From the NCBI RefSeq assembly GCF_023954335.1, contig NZ_JAMLIE010000005.1:30965-94964 (forward strand): a stretch of DNA of 64,000 bases, in the 5' to 3' direction. The position numbers and the translations under genes are program-made. Each line of letters starts with the position of its first letter. Position 1 is the first letter of the stretch. Below the pieces are notes generated by a model. The model was not told the origin of the DNA. It ran no database searches and worked only from the letters and a program-made list of their open reading frames with translations. The stretch is from Aquamicrobium sp. GTDB taxonomy: Bacteria; Pseudomonadota; Alphaproteobacteria; Rhizobiales; Rhizobiaceae. Shown here one piece after another: positions 21,523 to 30,816 of this stretch.

Positions 21523-22579
21523 GGAGAGCGCCGCGCAATACGGCATCGAGATCAGGAAGCTGTCGAAGATCTTCGGCGCGGACGCCGCCGCCATGGTGCC
21601 GCTGGTCGAGGAGGGCATCACCAAGGCCGAGCTGAACGAGCGCCACGGCCATGTGCTCGGGCTGCGCAACATCGACATCTCGATGCCCGCCGGCCGCATC
21701 CAGGTCATCATGGGCCTGTCGGGCTCCGGCAAGTCGACGCTGATCCGCCACATCAACCGGCTGATCGACCCGACCGCGGGCGAGATCCTCGTCGGCGGCG
21801 AGGACGTGGTGAAGATGAGCCCGAAGGAGCTGCGCGAATTCCGCCGCCACAAGACGGCGATGGTGTTCCAGAAATTCGCGCTGCTGCCGCATCGCGACGT
21901 GCTGGAGAACACCGTCTACGGGCTGGAGATACAGGGCGTGCCGCGCGGCGCCCAAGTCGAGGCTGCGATGCGCTGGATCGAGCGCGTCGGCCTTTCCGGC
22001 TTCGAGAAGCACTACCCCAACCAGCTCTCGGGCGGCATGCAGCAGCGCGTCGGCCTCGCCCGCGCCCTGACCAACGACGCGCCGATCCTCCTGATGGACG
22101 AGGCCTTCTCGGCGCTCGACCCGCTGATCCGCACCGACATGCAGACGGTGCTGCTCGACATCCAGAAGGAAATCCGCAAGACCATCGTCTTCATCACCCA
22201 CGACCTCGACGAGGCGCTCCGGCTCGGCGACCGCATCGCCATCCTGCGCGACGGCGAGGTGGTGCAGCAGGGCACCAGCCAGGACATCGTCCTGCGGCCC
22301 GCCGACGACTATGTCGAGAACTTCGTGCGCGAGGTCAATCGCGGCCGCGTCGTCCAGGTCGAGGCGGTGATGACCCCGCTTTCCCCCGGCGCCGCGCCCG
22401 GCGGCCCCACCGTCGCCGCCGGCACCACCGTCGAGGAGGCGATGCGCCTGATCGTCCACGGCGCGCAGGCCGGGCTCGTCGTCACCGGGCCCGACGGCAC
22501 GGCGCTCGGCACCGTCAATCTCAACCAGCTCGCCGCCGCCGCCGTCAGCCCCCGCGAACCGGCGGCCCCGCCCGCCTGA
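21515..22579 (+). CDS. proV: Glycine betaine-type ABC ATPase
   Basis: GLSGSGKS, LSGGMQQRVGLARAL, MDEAFSALDPLIR. Confidence 0.9.
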   Translation: MAKESAAQYGIEIRKLSKIFGADAAAMVPLVEEGITKAELNERHGHVLGLRNIDISMPAGRIQVIMGLSGSGKSTLIRHINRLIDPTAGEILVGGEDVVKMSPKELREFRRHKTAMVFQKFALLPHRDVLENTVYGLEIQGVPRGAQVEAAMRWIERVGLSGFEKHYPNQLSGGMQQRVGLARALTNDAPILLMDEAFSALDPLIRTDMQTVLLDIQKEIRKTIVFITHDLDEALRLGDRIAILRDGEVVQQGTSQDIVLRPADDYVENFVREVNRGRVVQVEAVMTPLSPGAAPGGPTVAAGTTVEEAMRLIVHGAQAGLVVTGPDGTALGTVNLNQLAAAAVSPREPAAPPA

Positions 22580-22670
22580 CGCCGGGCTGCGGCCTCGCCA
22601 ACGGCGAAGCGCCAGCCCTGACCTGAACCGAACGGCACCCCGACTTTGGGATCATTCCGGAACCTCCGGA

Positions 22671-22841
22671 GCCGCCCCTCATCCGGCTGCCGCCACCTTC
22701 TCCCCGCAAGCGGGGAGAAGAGAGCCGTCGTCCTTGCTTCGCCAATCGCAGGCATGGCGAGAGAAACTGCGAGGATTGCGGTCGGCATTCCTTCTCCCCG
22801 CTTGCGGGGAGAAGGTGCCCGAAGGGCGGATGAGGGGCGGC
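22671..22841. repeat. Bipartite REP/RIME-like palindromic element
   Basis: Two roughly 50-bp inverted units (22671-22720 and 22790-22841). Each has CTTCTCCCCGC-AA/TT-GCGGGGAGAAG plus GCCGCCCCTCATCCG or its complement. Confidence 0.8.
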
Positions 22842-22900
22842 GCCTACCGATCCCGGATGATCCCGGATTGCTCCGGATTATAGGCGCATCATTTTAGAGA

Positions 22901-22928
22901 TTGTATTCTAGAATAAATATTCTAATAT
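22901..22928 (+). promoter_or_regulatory. Sigma70-like promoter with overlapping palindromic operator
   Basis: TTGTAT (22901-06), 16 nt, TAATAT (22923-28); perfect palindrome TATTCTAGAATA at 22904-22915; ATG 7 nt downstream with no RBS. Confidence 0.6.
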
Positions 22929-22935
22929 CCCTTCC

Positions 22936-23559
22936 ATGGGACGACGCAGAACATTCGATCGCGACACCGTGCTGATGGCGGCGGCCAACGCCTTCCGCAT
23001 GCATGGCTACCGCGACATCTCCATCGCCGCGCTGGAGAAGGCGACCGGGCTGGTCTCGGGCAGCATCTACAACGCCTTCGGCGACAAGGCCGGTCTGTTC
23101 CGGGCGGCGCTCGAGCGTTACGTGCATGGTTTCGTTGCCGAAAGGATCCGTCATTTCGCCGGCGGCGAGGCGACGCTCGATGACCTCGAAGGCCTGTTTC
23201 TGTCGGTGCTTGAGCCGCCGCTGGCCGACGGCTTCGGCTGCCTCGTCACCAACTCGATCGTCGAGTTCGGCCGCGAGGACAGCCCGGCGCGCGAAAGCAT
23301 CGATGCCACCATGGCCCTGCTGCGCGACGCGTTCAGCGACGTCTTGACGCGCGAGTTGGGCGCCGAGGTCGCCGCCGGAGCGATGATGCAGCTCCTCACC
23401 CTCTATCACGGCATCCTGACGCTTTCGCGCAGCGGGCTGCCGATGGACGAGCTCGCCCGTTCCGTCCGGCTCACCTTCGCGCAGCTCAGGACGCAGCGGA
23501 CGACCCCGCCTTCTTCCCTCAACCCCGAAAGCCCCAGCCCCGAAAGGACAACGACATGA
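22936..23559 (+). CDS. TetR-family regulator
   Basis: MGRRRTFDRD...FRMHGY...SIYNAFGDK.GLF; GC(L)VTNS motif of the NemR/ComR-like group. Confidence 0.9.
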   Translation: MGRRRTFDRDTVLMAAANAFRMHGYRDISIAALEKATGLVSGSIYNAFGDKAGLFRAALERYVHGFVAERIRHFAGGEATLDDLEGLFLSVLEPPLADGFGCLVTNSIVEFGREDSPARESIDATMALLRDAFSDVLTRELGAEVAAGAMMQLLTLYHGILTLSRSGLPMDELARSVRLTFAQLRTQRTTPPSSLNPESPSPERTTT

Positions 23560-23936
23560 TCGAGATGGTCACACCTGAAGGCTTCCCCAGCCTTCCCTAT
23601 CTAAGCCCCGGCGCGCTCGTTACGGCTCCGCAACGGACGCTCTACATCTCCGGCCAAGTCGGCGTCGATGCGACCGGGCAGGCCGGAGCCGGCATCGCCG
23701 AGCAGGCGCGGCTCGCCACGGCGAACGTCAACGCCGTCCTCGCCGCCGCCGGCATGGGGCCGGGCAACCTCGCCAAGGTCACGATCTACCTGACCGACGA
23801 GGCCGACGTGCCGGCGTTCATGGAAGCGGCCGCCGGCGCCCTGCCCTCGCCGCCGCCGGCGACGACGCTGCTGATCGTCAAGGGGCTGGCCGGGCCGAAC
23901 CTGCTGGTCGAGATCGAGGCCATCGCCGTCGACTAG
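23556..23936 (+). CDS. RidA/YjgF family protein
   Basis: LYISGQV, KVTIYL, PATT, LVEIEAIA; ATGA overlap with tetR. Confidence 0.88.
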   Translation: MIEMVTPEGFPSLPYLSPGALVTAPQRTLYISGQVGVDATGQAGAGIAEQARLATANVNAVLAAAGMGPGNLAKVTIYLTDEADVPAFMEAAAGALPSPPPATTLLIVKGLAGPNLLVEIEAIAVD

Positions 23937-24889
23937 CTGTGGAGCCTCAAGAGGTTGTCGCCGGTTAGATGGAGGCGACTGATTGGTGGTTTGGACTTTA
24001 GGCTGCCATGCGGGCGATGCCAATTGTAGCGGTGGAGCCAGATCGGCAGTTCAGCGGCACGGTGGCGTGATGTCGGATAGGCCACGGCATAGGCCCACTC
24101 GCGCAAGGCGGTCTGGATGAAGCGCTCGGCCTTGCCGTTTGTGCGCGGCGTGTAGGGCCTGGTTCGGATGTGCTTGAGGCCGAATTCGCGGCAAGCGCGC
24201 GCGAAAGCCTTCGAGCGATAGCACGAGCCGTTGTCGGTCATGACGCGAGTGACGGTGATTCCGAGGCTGGCGTAGTAGGCGACTGCCGCCGTGAGGAAGG
24301 CGACGGCGCTTTGCTTCTTCTCGTCGGGCAGGATCTGGCTGAAGGCGATGCGCGAGGCATCGTCGATGGCGACATGGACGAACTCCCAGCCGATGCCGCG
24401 ACTGTTGGACTGGCCGCGCCGATCGCCGGTGATGCGATGGCCGACGCGGTCGAACCGGCCGAGTTTCTTGATGTCGATATGGATCATCTCGCCGGGATGG
24501 GCACGTTCGTAGCGCCTGACCGGCGCGGCCGGCTCGATGTCCTTGAGCCGCGACAGCTCGGCGCGCCTGAGCACCCGGCTGACGGTGGCCGGCGAGACGC
24601 CAACCTCATGGGCAATGTGCTTGCCGGTCCAGCGCAGCCGACGCAGCACCACAATACGCTCGGCGATCGACGCCGCGGTGGCCTGCGGCATATGGGCGGG
24701 CCGCGAGGATCGGTCGCCCATGCCGGACCGCCCTTCCGCCTTGTAGCGCTCCACCCAGCGCGCCACGATCTTCGCCGACACGCCATAGGTCCGTGCCGCA
24801 TGGGCTTGGGAAAGACGCCCCTCAATCACCGACAGCGCCATCTCCTCTCGACGCAACGGCGTCAGGCGGGCATTCTTGTGGATGTTCAT
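23933..24889 (-). CDS. IS481-family DDE transposase
   Basis: MNIHKNARLTP, HIDIKKLG, AIDDASR, TDNGSCY, TNGKAERFIQT, YNWHRPH; the stop lies in the flanking CTAG. Confidence 0.95.
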   Translation of the reverse strand: MNIHKNARLTPLRREEMALSVIEGRLSQAHAARTYGVSAKIVARWVERYKAEGRSGMGDRSSRPAHMPQATAASIAERIVVLRRLRWTGKHIAHEVGVSPATVSRVLRRAELSRLKDIEPAAPVRRYERAHPGEMIHIDIKKLGRFDRVGHRITGDRRGQSNSRGIGWEFVHVAIDDASRIAFSQILPDEKKQSAVAFLTAAVAYYASLGITVTRVMTDNGSCYRSKAFARACREFGLKHIRTRPYTPRTNGKAERFIQTALREWAYAVAYPTSRHRAAELPIWLHRYNWHRPHGSLKSKPPISRLHLTGDNLLRLHS

Positions 24890-24972
24890 TCGGACCCTCC
24901 GGTGGATGCTGAAGCTTGGTAACTCCAGTCTCCCCGGTCCGGTCCGAATGGACAACCTCCCGAAAGCTCACA
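23938..24972 (-). mobile_element. IS481-family insertion sequence
   Basis: TGT...ACA ends with imperfect IRs (TGTGGAGCCTCAAGAGGTTGTC vs rc TGTGAGCTTTCGGGAGGTTGTC); ACTAG(C/A) on both flanks. Confidence 0.92.
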
Positions 24973-24973
24973 A

Positions 24974-25079
24974 CTAGAGCGGCGGACGCCCGGATAAATC
25001 CGGGCTGCCGCTCTAGCGGTTTGCTTTAGCCGCATTTATGCGACGCCAGACGGTCCCGTCTGGCTGCAAAATGCTCTGA
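24974..25079. repeat. RIME-like double-hairpin element
   Basis: CTAGAGCGGC...GCCGCTCTAG hairpin (24974-25016) followed by GCATTT..GCCAGACGG/CCGTCTGGC..AAATGCTCT. Confidence 0.7.
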
Positions 25080-25099
25080 CGGCACGAGAAAATTCCGCC

Positions 25100-26296
25100 C
25101 TATTCGCCGCGCGGCAGTTCGAGCGCGCCGAGCGCGCTGGCGATCAGCGTTTCCGCGCCGGGGATGAGCGCGTTCTCGTCGACGTTCATCCGCGGATGGT
25201 GCAGCGGATACGCCTCCGTTGCGGCCGGGTCGCGCACGCCGAGCCGGAAATAGACCGACGGGACGCGCTCGCTGTAGAAGCCGAAATCGTCGGCCGCCTC
25301 CCAGCCGGAGGCGACGACCAGCGCGCTATCGCCGAGGCAGGCGGTCGCGGCCTCGGCGACGACCCGGACCATCGCCGCGTCGTTGACCACCGGCGGCTCG
25401 CCGCGGACGATCCGCACGTCGGCGGAGGCGCCGTGCGCGGCGGCGATGCCGGTGGCGATCTCCTCGATGCGCCGGAGGCCCCGCGCGCGCGTCGCCTCGC
25501 CGCCGCTGCGGAACGTGCCGCTGATCGCCGCCCTGTCGGCCAGCACGTTGTAGGACTGGCCGGCGAGGAAGCGCGTAACCGACAGCGCCGACGCCTCGAA
25601 CGGCCCGGTCTCGCGCCCGGCGATGCGGTTGAGCGCGGCGACGATGGCGCAGCCGATCTCCAGCGCGTCGGTTCCCTCATGCGGCTTGGCCGCGTGGGCG
25701 GCGACGCCGCTGACCGTGATGTCGAAGCTGTCGGCGGCGAGCGTGAACGGGCCCTCGCCGACCGCGACCTTGCCGGTCTCCATATAGGGATCGACATGGA
25801 TGCCGATGGCGGCCTCGACGCCGTTCAGCCAGCCTTCCTCGACGATGCGCCGCCCGCCCAGCGGCTCGGCCTCCTCGGCCGGCTGGAACACGAACCGCAC
25901 CGTGCCGGAGAAGCTGTCGCGCAGGCGATGGAGCGAGCGCATGGCGGCGAAGGCCATCGCCGTGTGGGCGTCGTGGCCGCAGGCATGCATGACGCCCGGC
26001 GTGCGCGAGGCGAAATCGAGCCCGGTATCCTCGTGGAGCGGCAGCGCGTCGATGTCGGCCCGCACCAGCACGCAGCGGTTGGACGGCCGCTGCCGTCCCT
26101 CGATGTCGACGACGACTCCGGTGCCGGCGGCGGGCTTCGCGCCCTCTATGCCGGCAAGGCCGATGCGCTCGAGGATATAGGCCTGCGTGGCGCGCTCCTC
26201 GTTGGAAAGTTCCGGGTTGGCGTGGAGGTGACGCCGCATCGCGACGAGGTCGGCGGCGACGTCGGGCGCGAGGGCCGTCGGGCGGTCGTTCGGCAT
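25100..26296 (-). CDS. M20D amidohydrolase (hippurate hydrolase/DoeB2-like)
   Basis: HANPELSNEE, RADIDALP, MHACGHDAH, FQPAEE, HHP. Confidence 0.9.
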   Translation of the reverse strand: MPNDRPTALAPDVAADLVAMRRHLHANPELSNEERATQAYILERIGLAGIEGAKPAAGTGVVVDIEGRQRPSNRCVLVRADIDALPLHEDTGLDFASRTPGVMHACGHDAHTAMAFAAMRSLHRLRDSFSGTVRFVFQPAEEAEPLGGRRIVEEGWLNGVEAAIGIHVDPYMETGKVAVGEGPFTLAADSFDITVSGVAAHAAKPHEGTDALEIGCAIVAALNRIAGRETGPFEASALSVTRFLAGQSYNVLADRAAISGTFRSGGEATRARGLRRIEEIATGIAAAHGASADVRIVRGEPPVVNDAAMVRVVAEAATACLGDSALVVASGWEAADDFGFYSERVPSVYFRLGVRDPAATEAYPLHHPRMNVDENALIPGAETLIASALGALELPRGE

Positions 26297-26315
26297 GGTT
26301 CCTCCCCGCGCCGGC

Positions 26316-27503
26316 CTATTTGACGAAGATGGCGCGCGGGAAGTCGGTCAGCGTCTCCGAGCCCGTCCCTGTGACAAGGATGGTCTCGCTGACCTCGATG
26401 CCCCAGCCGTCCATCCACATGCCGAGGATGGAATGGACGACGTTGCCCGGTTGCAGCACCGTTTTGTCGCCGGCGCGCAGGCTGATCGTGTGCTCGCCCC
26501 AGTCGGGCGGATAGGCGACGCCGATCGAATAGCCGATGCGCGATTCCTTCTTCAGCCCGTAGCGGCCGATGACCGCGCGCCACGCCGCCTCGACCGCCTC
26601 GGCGGGGGCGCCCGGGCGGACGGCGTCGAGCACCGCCTCCATGCCTTCAAGGACCGCCTTGCTTGTGTCCTCGACCTTCTTCGGCATCGCGCCGAGCTGC
26701 ATGGTGCGGGCGAGGCCCGCCGCATAGCGCCGGCACACGCCGGCGAGCTCCAGCGCGACGGTCTCGTCGGCGCCGAAGCGCCGCTCGCTCCACATCATAT
26801 GCGGCGCCGAGGCGTTCTCGCCGCCGAGGATGGTCGGCGGCAGCGCGGTGATGTCGCCGGCGAAGTCGGGATGGCCGGCGACCTGCGCCGCCTGGATGCG
26901 GGCGATGGCGTCGCATTCGCGCACGCCGGGCGCGATGGCCTCGTAGGCCGCCTCGACGGCGCGGCCGGCGATCAGCGCCGCGTGGCGCAGATAGGCGATC
27001 TCGGCCGGCGACTTGACCGCCCGGACCCAGTTGACCAGCAGGTCGGCGTCGACGAAGGTCGCGTTCGGCATCCCCGCGGTCAGCCGCGCATGCGCCTTCG
27101 GCGAATAGTAGTAGGCTTCCAGCTCGATGCCGATGCGGCGCTTGCCCCAGCCCCTCGCGACCAGCCATTGCGCGATCCAGTCCATCGGATGGCGGTCAGT
27201 CTGCTGGACGTGGTCCTCGGGGAACCCGACCACGTTTTCCGGCTTCATCCATGCCGTCAGCCTGCCGCCGGCCGCATCCATCATCCGCCCGATCCAGACC
27301 GGCTCCTCCTCCGCCTCGACCGGCACGGCGACGATCTGCGGCGTATAGAACGACCAGCCGTCATAGGCGGTGAGGTAGTGCTGGTTGGCGACGTCGTTGA
27401 CGATCAGCAGCTCGAGGCCGCGCCGCGCCATCTCCGCGCGCACGAGCGCAAGACGGCGGGCATATTCGGCGCGGTCGAAGGGCAGAGGGATCATGCTTTG
27501 CAC
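26316..27503 (-). CDS. M24-family hydrolase, ectoine hydrolase DoeA/EutD-like
   Basis: YDGWSFY, HVQQTDRHPMD, LVNWVRAVKS, RIGYSIG..YPPDWGEHT.SLR, HSILGMWMDGWG.E.SE. Start is GTG 27503 or ATG 27494. Confidence 0.8.
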   Translation of the reverse strand: MQSMIPLPFDRAEYARRLALVRAEMARRGLELLIVNDVANQHYLTAYDGWSFYTPQIVAVPVEAEEEPVWIGRMMDAAGGRLTAWMKPENVVGFPEDHVQQTDRHPMDWIAQWLVARGWGKRRIGIELEAYYYSPKAHARLTAGMPNATFVDADLLVNWVRAVKSPAEIAYLRHAALIAGRAVEAAYEAIAPGVRECDAIARIQAAQVAGHPDFAGDITALPPTILGGENASAPHMMWSERRFGADETVALELAGVCRRYAAGLARTMQLGAMPKKVEDTSKAVLEGMEAVLDAVRPGAPAEAVEAAWRAVIGRYGLKKESRIGYSIGVAYPPDWGEHTISLRAGDKTVLQPGNVVHSILGMWMDGWGIEVSETILVTGTGSETLTDFPRAIFVK

Positions 27504-27565
27504 TTTTCCTTGTATCGGGTCGAGGCGATCCTTGCAGATCGCCCGGCGATTGGCCAGCGACGGCC

Positions 27566-28795
27566 CTACCCCGCCTGGCGCGGCGGGGCGCGGTCCTCGT
27601 CGATGCGCGGCAGCAGCCAGGCCAGCAGGCCGGCGAGCGGCAGGAAGGAGCAGATGCGGTAGACCTCCTCGATGCCGATGCTGTCGGCGAGGCCGCCGAG
27701 GATGGCGGCGGCGATGCCGCCGAGGCCGAAATTCAGGCCGTAGAACAGCCCGCCGATCAGCCCGATGCGGTTGGGAACCAGCTCCATCGCGTAGATCATG
27801 ATCGAGGCGAAGGCGCTCGCCATGATCAGGTTGATGAGGATCGTCAGCACGCCCGTCCAGAAGAAATCGGCATAGGGCAGGATGAGCGTCAGCGGCAGCG
27901 GGCCGAGAACGGAAATCCAGATGATGCGGTAGCGCCCGATCCTGTCGCCGACGATGCCGCCGATCAGCGCGCCTGCGGCCGCGGCGACCAGGAAGACGAA
28001 CAGCATCACCTGCGAGGTCTGGATCGAGACGCCGAAGCGGTCGATCAGGTAGAAGGTGTAGAACGAGCGGAAGCTCTCGCCATAGGCGTTCTTGGAGAAC
28101 ATCAGCAGCGTGAGCACGGTCAGGCCGAGCGCGATGGTCGCGCCCGAATGGCGCGCATGCGTCTTCGCCGCGCCCGACAGCGCCGCGCGCGCCGCCTCGA
28201 TCTCCCTGCGGATCTCAGTATGCTTGCCCGCGGTCCAGACCATCAGCGTCATCGCCAGCAGCGCGAGGACCGAGAACCAGGCGAGGCTTTCCTGCCCGCG
28301 CGGCACGATGATGATCGCCGCCAGCAGCGGGCCGATCGCGCCGCCGGCCTGGCCGCCGACCTGGAACAGCCCCTGCGCCAGACCCTGCCGGCCGCCCGAG
28401 GCGTAGCGCGCCATGCGCGTCGCTTCCGGATGGAAGATCGACGAGCCCACGCCGATGCACGCCACCGAGACGAGGATGAGCGTGTAGCTCGACGCGTAGG
28501 CGAGGCCGACGAGCCCGGCGAGCGTGAACATCATCCCCACCACGGTGGAATAGGGCATGGGATGCTTGTCGGTGACGTAGCCGACGACGGGCTGCAGCAG
28601 CGAGCCGGCGATCTGGAACGTCAGCGTGATCATGCCGATCTGCACGAAATCGAGCGCGTAGCTGTCCTTGATGATCGGATAGATCGCCGGGATCAGCGAC
28701 TGCATCAGGTCGTTGAGCAGATGCGTCGCGCTCAGGATCAGGAGGACGGCGAGATGGGTCTTGGGGCGGGCGGCAGTGGAGGCGGGCGCGTTCAT
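27566..28795 (-). CDS. MFS transporter, Fsr-like
   Basis: HLLNDLMQS, GSLLQP..G..TDK, FHPE, GDRIGR, 12 predicted TM segments. Confidence 0.88.
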   Translation of the reverse strand: MNAPASTAARPKTHLAVLLILSATHLLNDLMQSLIPAIYPIIKDSYALDFVQIGMITLTFQIAGSLLQPVVGYVTDKHPMPYSTVVGMMFTLAGLVGLAYASSYTLILVSVACIGVGSSIFHPEATRMARYASGGRQGLAQGLFQVGGQAGGAIGPLLAAIIIVPRGQESLAWFSVLALLAMTLMVWTAGKHTEIRREIEAARAALSGAAKTHARHSGATIALGLTVLTLLMFSKNAYGESFRSFYTFYLIDRFGVSIQTSQVMLFVFLVAAAAGALIGGIVGDRIGRYRIIWISVLGPLPLTLILPYADFFWTGVLTILINLIMASAFASIMIYAMELVPNRIGLIGGLFYGLNFGLGGIAAAILGGLADSIGIEEVYRICSFLPLAGLLAWLLPRIDEDRAPPRQAG

Positions 28796-28899
28796 GTCTG
28801 GCTCTTCAGGGGATTACGACCCCCTATACAGCCAGACACGGCGCAGCGCGAGCTTCCAGAACGGGCGGCTGATTGTGTCAGCCGCCCGGCCGGCCCGGT

Positions 28900-30491
28900 T
28901 TACTGGAGCCGGCTCTCGCGCCGCAGCGCGACGAAGGCGGAGACCGTCATCAGAAGCAGCAGCAGCGCGAAGGGGAAGCCGGTGGCGATGGCCCCGGCCT
29001 GCAGCGCGGCCAGCCCGCCGCCGAGCAGCAGCACGATGGCCACCAGCCCCTCGAAGACCGCCCAGAACACGCGCTGCGCCACCGGCGCGTCGATCTTGCC
29101 GCCGGCGGTGATCGTGTCGATCACCAGCGAGCCGGAATCCGACGAGGTGACGAAGAACATCACCACCAGCACGATGCCGAGTGGGGCGAGCACGCTCGAC
29201 AGAGGCAGCGGCTCCAGCATGCGGAACAGCGACATCTCCGGGACGTAGGCGACGACGGTTTCCTGCACGCCGGTATAGCCGTCGGCGAGGAACTGCTCGA
29301 TGGCGCCGCCGCCGAAGGCCGACATCCAGATCACCGAGACGATGGTCGGGATGATCAGCACACAGGTCACGAACTCGCGCACCGTGCGGCCGCGCGAGAT
29401 GCGGGCGATGAACATGCCGACGAAGGGCGACCAGGAGATCCACCACGCCCAGTAGAAAGTCGTCCAGCCGTGGATGAAGTCGGTGTCCTCGCGGCCGATC
29501 CAGTTCGACAGCGCCGGCAGGGCCGCGACATAGTCGACGGCGCTGGCGGCGGCGGTCGACAGGATCGCCAGCGTCGGCCCGAGCACGATCACCGCCAGCA
29601 GCAGCAGGACCGCGAGCAGCATGTTCAGCTCCGACAGCCGCCGCACGCCCTTGTCCATCCCCGAGACCACCGAGCCGAGCGCGACGGCGGTGATGCCGAC
29701 GATCAGCAGCACGGCCATGTTGACCGTGTTGGGCACGCCGTAGAGATGGTTGAGACCCGCCAGCGCCTGCGACGCGCCAAAGCCCAGCGAGGTGGCCAGC
29801 CCGAACAGCGTCGCGAACACGGCGAGGATGTCGATGATGTGGCCGGTCCAGCCGCGGATGCGCTCGCCGAAGATCGGGTAGAAGGCCGAGCGGATCGACA
29901 GCGGCAGGCCGAGATTGTAGGCGGCCAGCGCCAGCGACAGCGACACGACCGCATAGATCGCCCACGGATGCAGGCCCCAATGGTAGATCGTCGCCGCCAT
30001 GCCCATGGCGCGCGCGGCCTCGACCGCCTCCGGCACCAGCGCGCCGTCGACCACCGGCGGCGCGAGGCCGAGCGGCGGATGGTTGAAGTGGTACATCGGC
30101 TCCAGCACGCCGAAGAACATCAGGCCGATGCCCATGCCGGCGGCGAACAGCATGGCGAACCACGTCGCGTAGGAATAGTCGGGCCGGGCCGCCGCGCCGC
30201 CGATCCGCACCTTGCCGAGCGGGGTGACGATGAGCACGAGGCAGAACAGCACGAAGATATTGGCCGCGGCCATGAACACCCAGTCGAAGGTGGTGGTCAG
30301 CCACACGCGCAGACCGCCCAGCACCTCGCCCGCGCTCTCGCGGAAGATCAGCGTGACGACGACGAAGACCACCGCGCCGAGGCCGGAGATGGCGAAGACC
30401 GGATTGTGGATGTCGAGCCCATGAACAGGATGTTGTCCTGTCCAGGCTCGATTCCGTGCTCCTCCTGCTTCGGTGCCTGCACGTCGCTCAT
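28900..30491 (-). pseudogene. BCCT (betaine/carnitine/choline) transporter with a frameshift near codon 25
   Basis: GAGGAGG RBS and ATG 30491 give MSDVQ...GQDNILFMG. The conserved LDIHNPVF continues in another frame, and one G is missing at 30418-30420. The rest has WFAMLFAAGMGIG, HWGLHPW, WAWWISWSPFVG. Confidence 0.8.
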
Positions 30492-30816
30492 GGGTGTCCT
30501 CCTCGGTGTTCCTGCCTGCCCTCCAGCCGGGTCAGGTCGCCTCTCCTCATGCGTTCCCCCACGAAAAGGATACAGGCGGCCGGGACGGCGCGGGAGGCCT
30601 GATAGCGACGCGCAAGCGACGCAAAGGAAGCGAATGCCGGCTTGCGCCGCCGCATTCCGCCCTCGACGGGACTCGGGCATGGAAATCGGCGTCCCGCCTA
30701 CGGCTGCCGCAAAACCGATGGAATCGCCCGGTTGAAATCGGCGAGGCGGTCGCGCACGATGCGATCGGGTTTGGACGACCGGGTTTCCGGGCGACCGGGT
30801 TTCGGGCGGGTTGGCG

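Noticed and set aside
22671-22841. CRISPR array
   Set aside because: Only two units, in inverted orientation, with no spacer series and no cas genes.
30774-30808. Short direct repeat GACCGGGTTTC(C)GGGC upstream of the caspase gene
   Set aside because: Only two copies with no supporting context; function cannot be supported.
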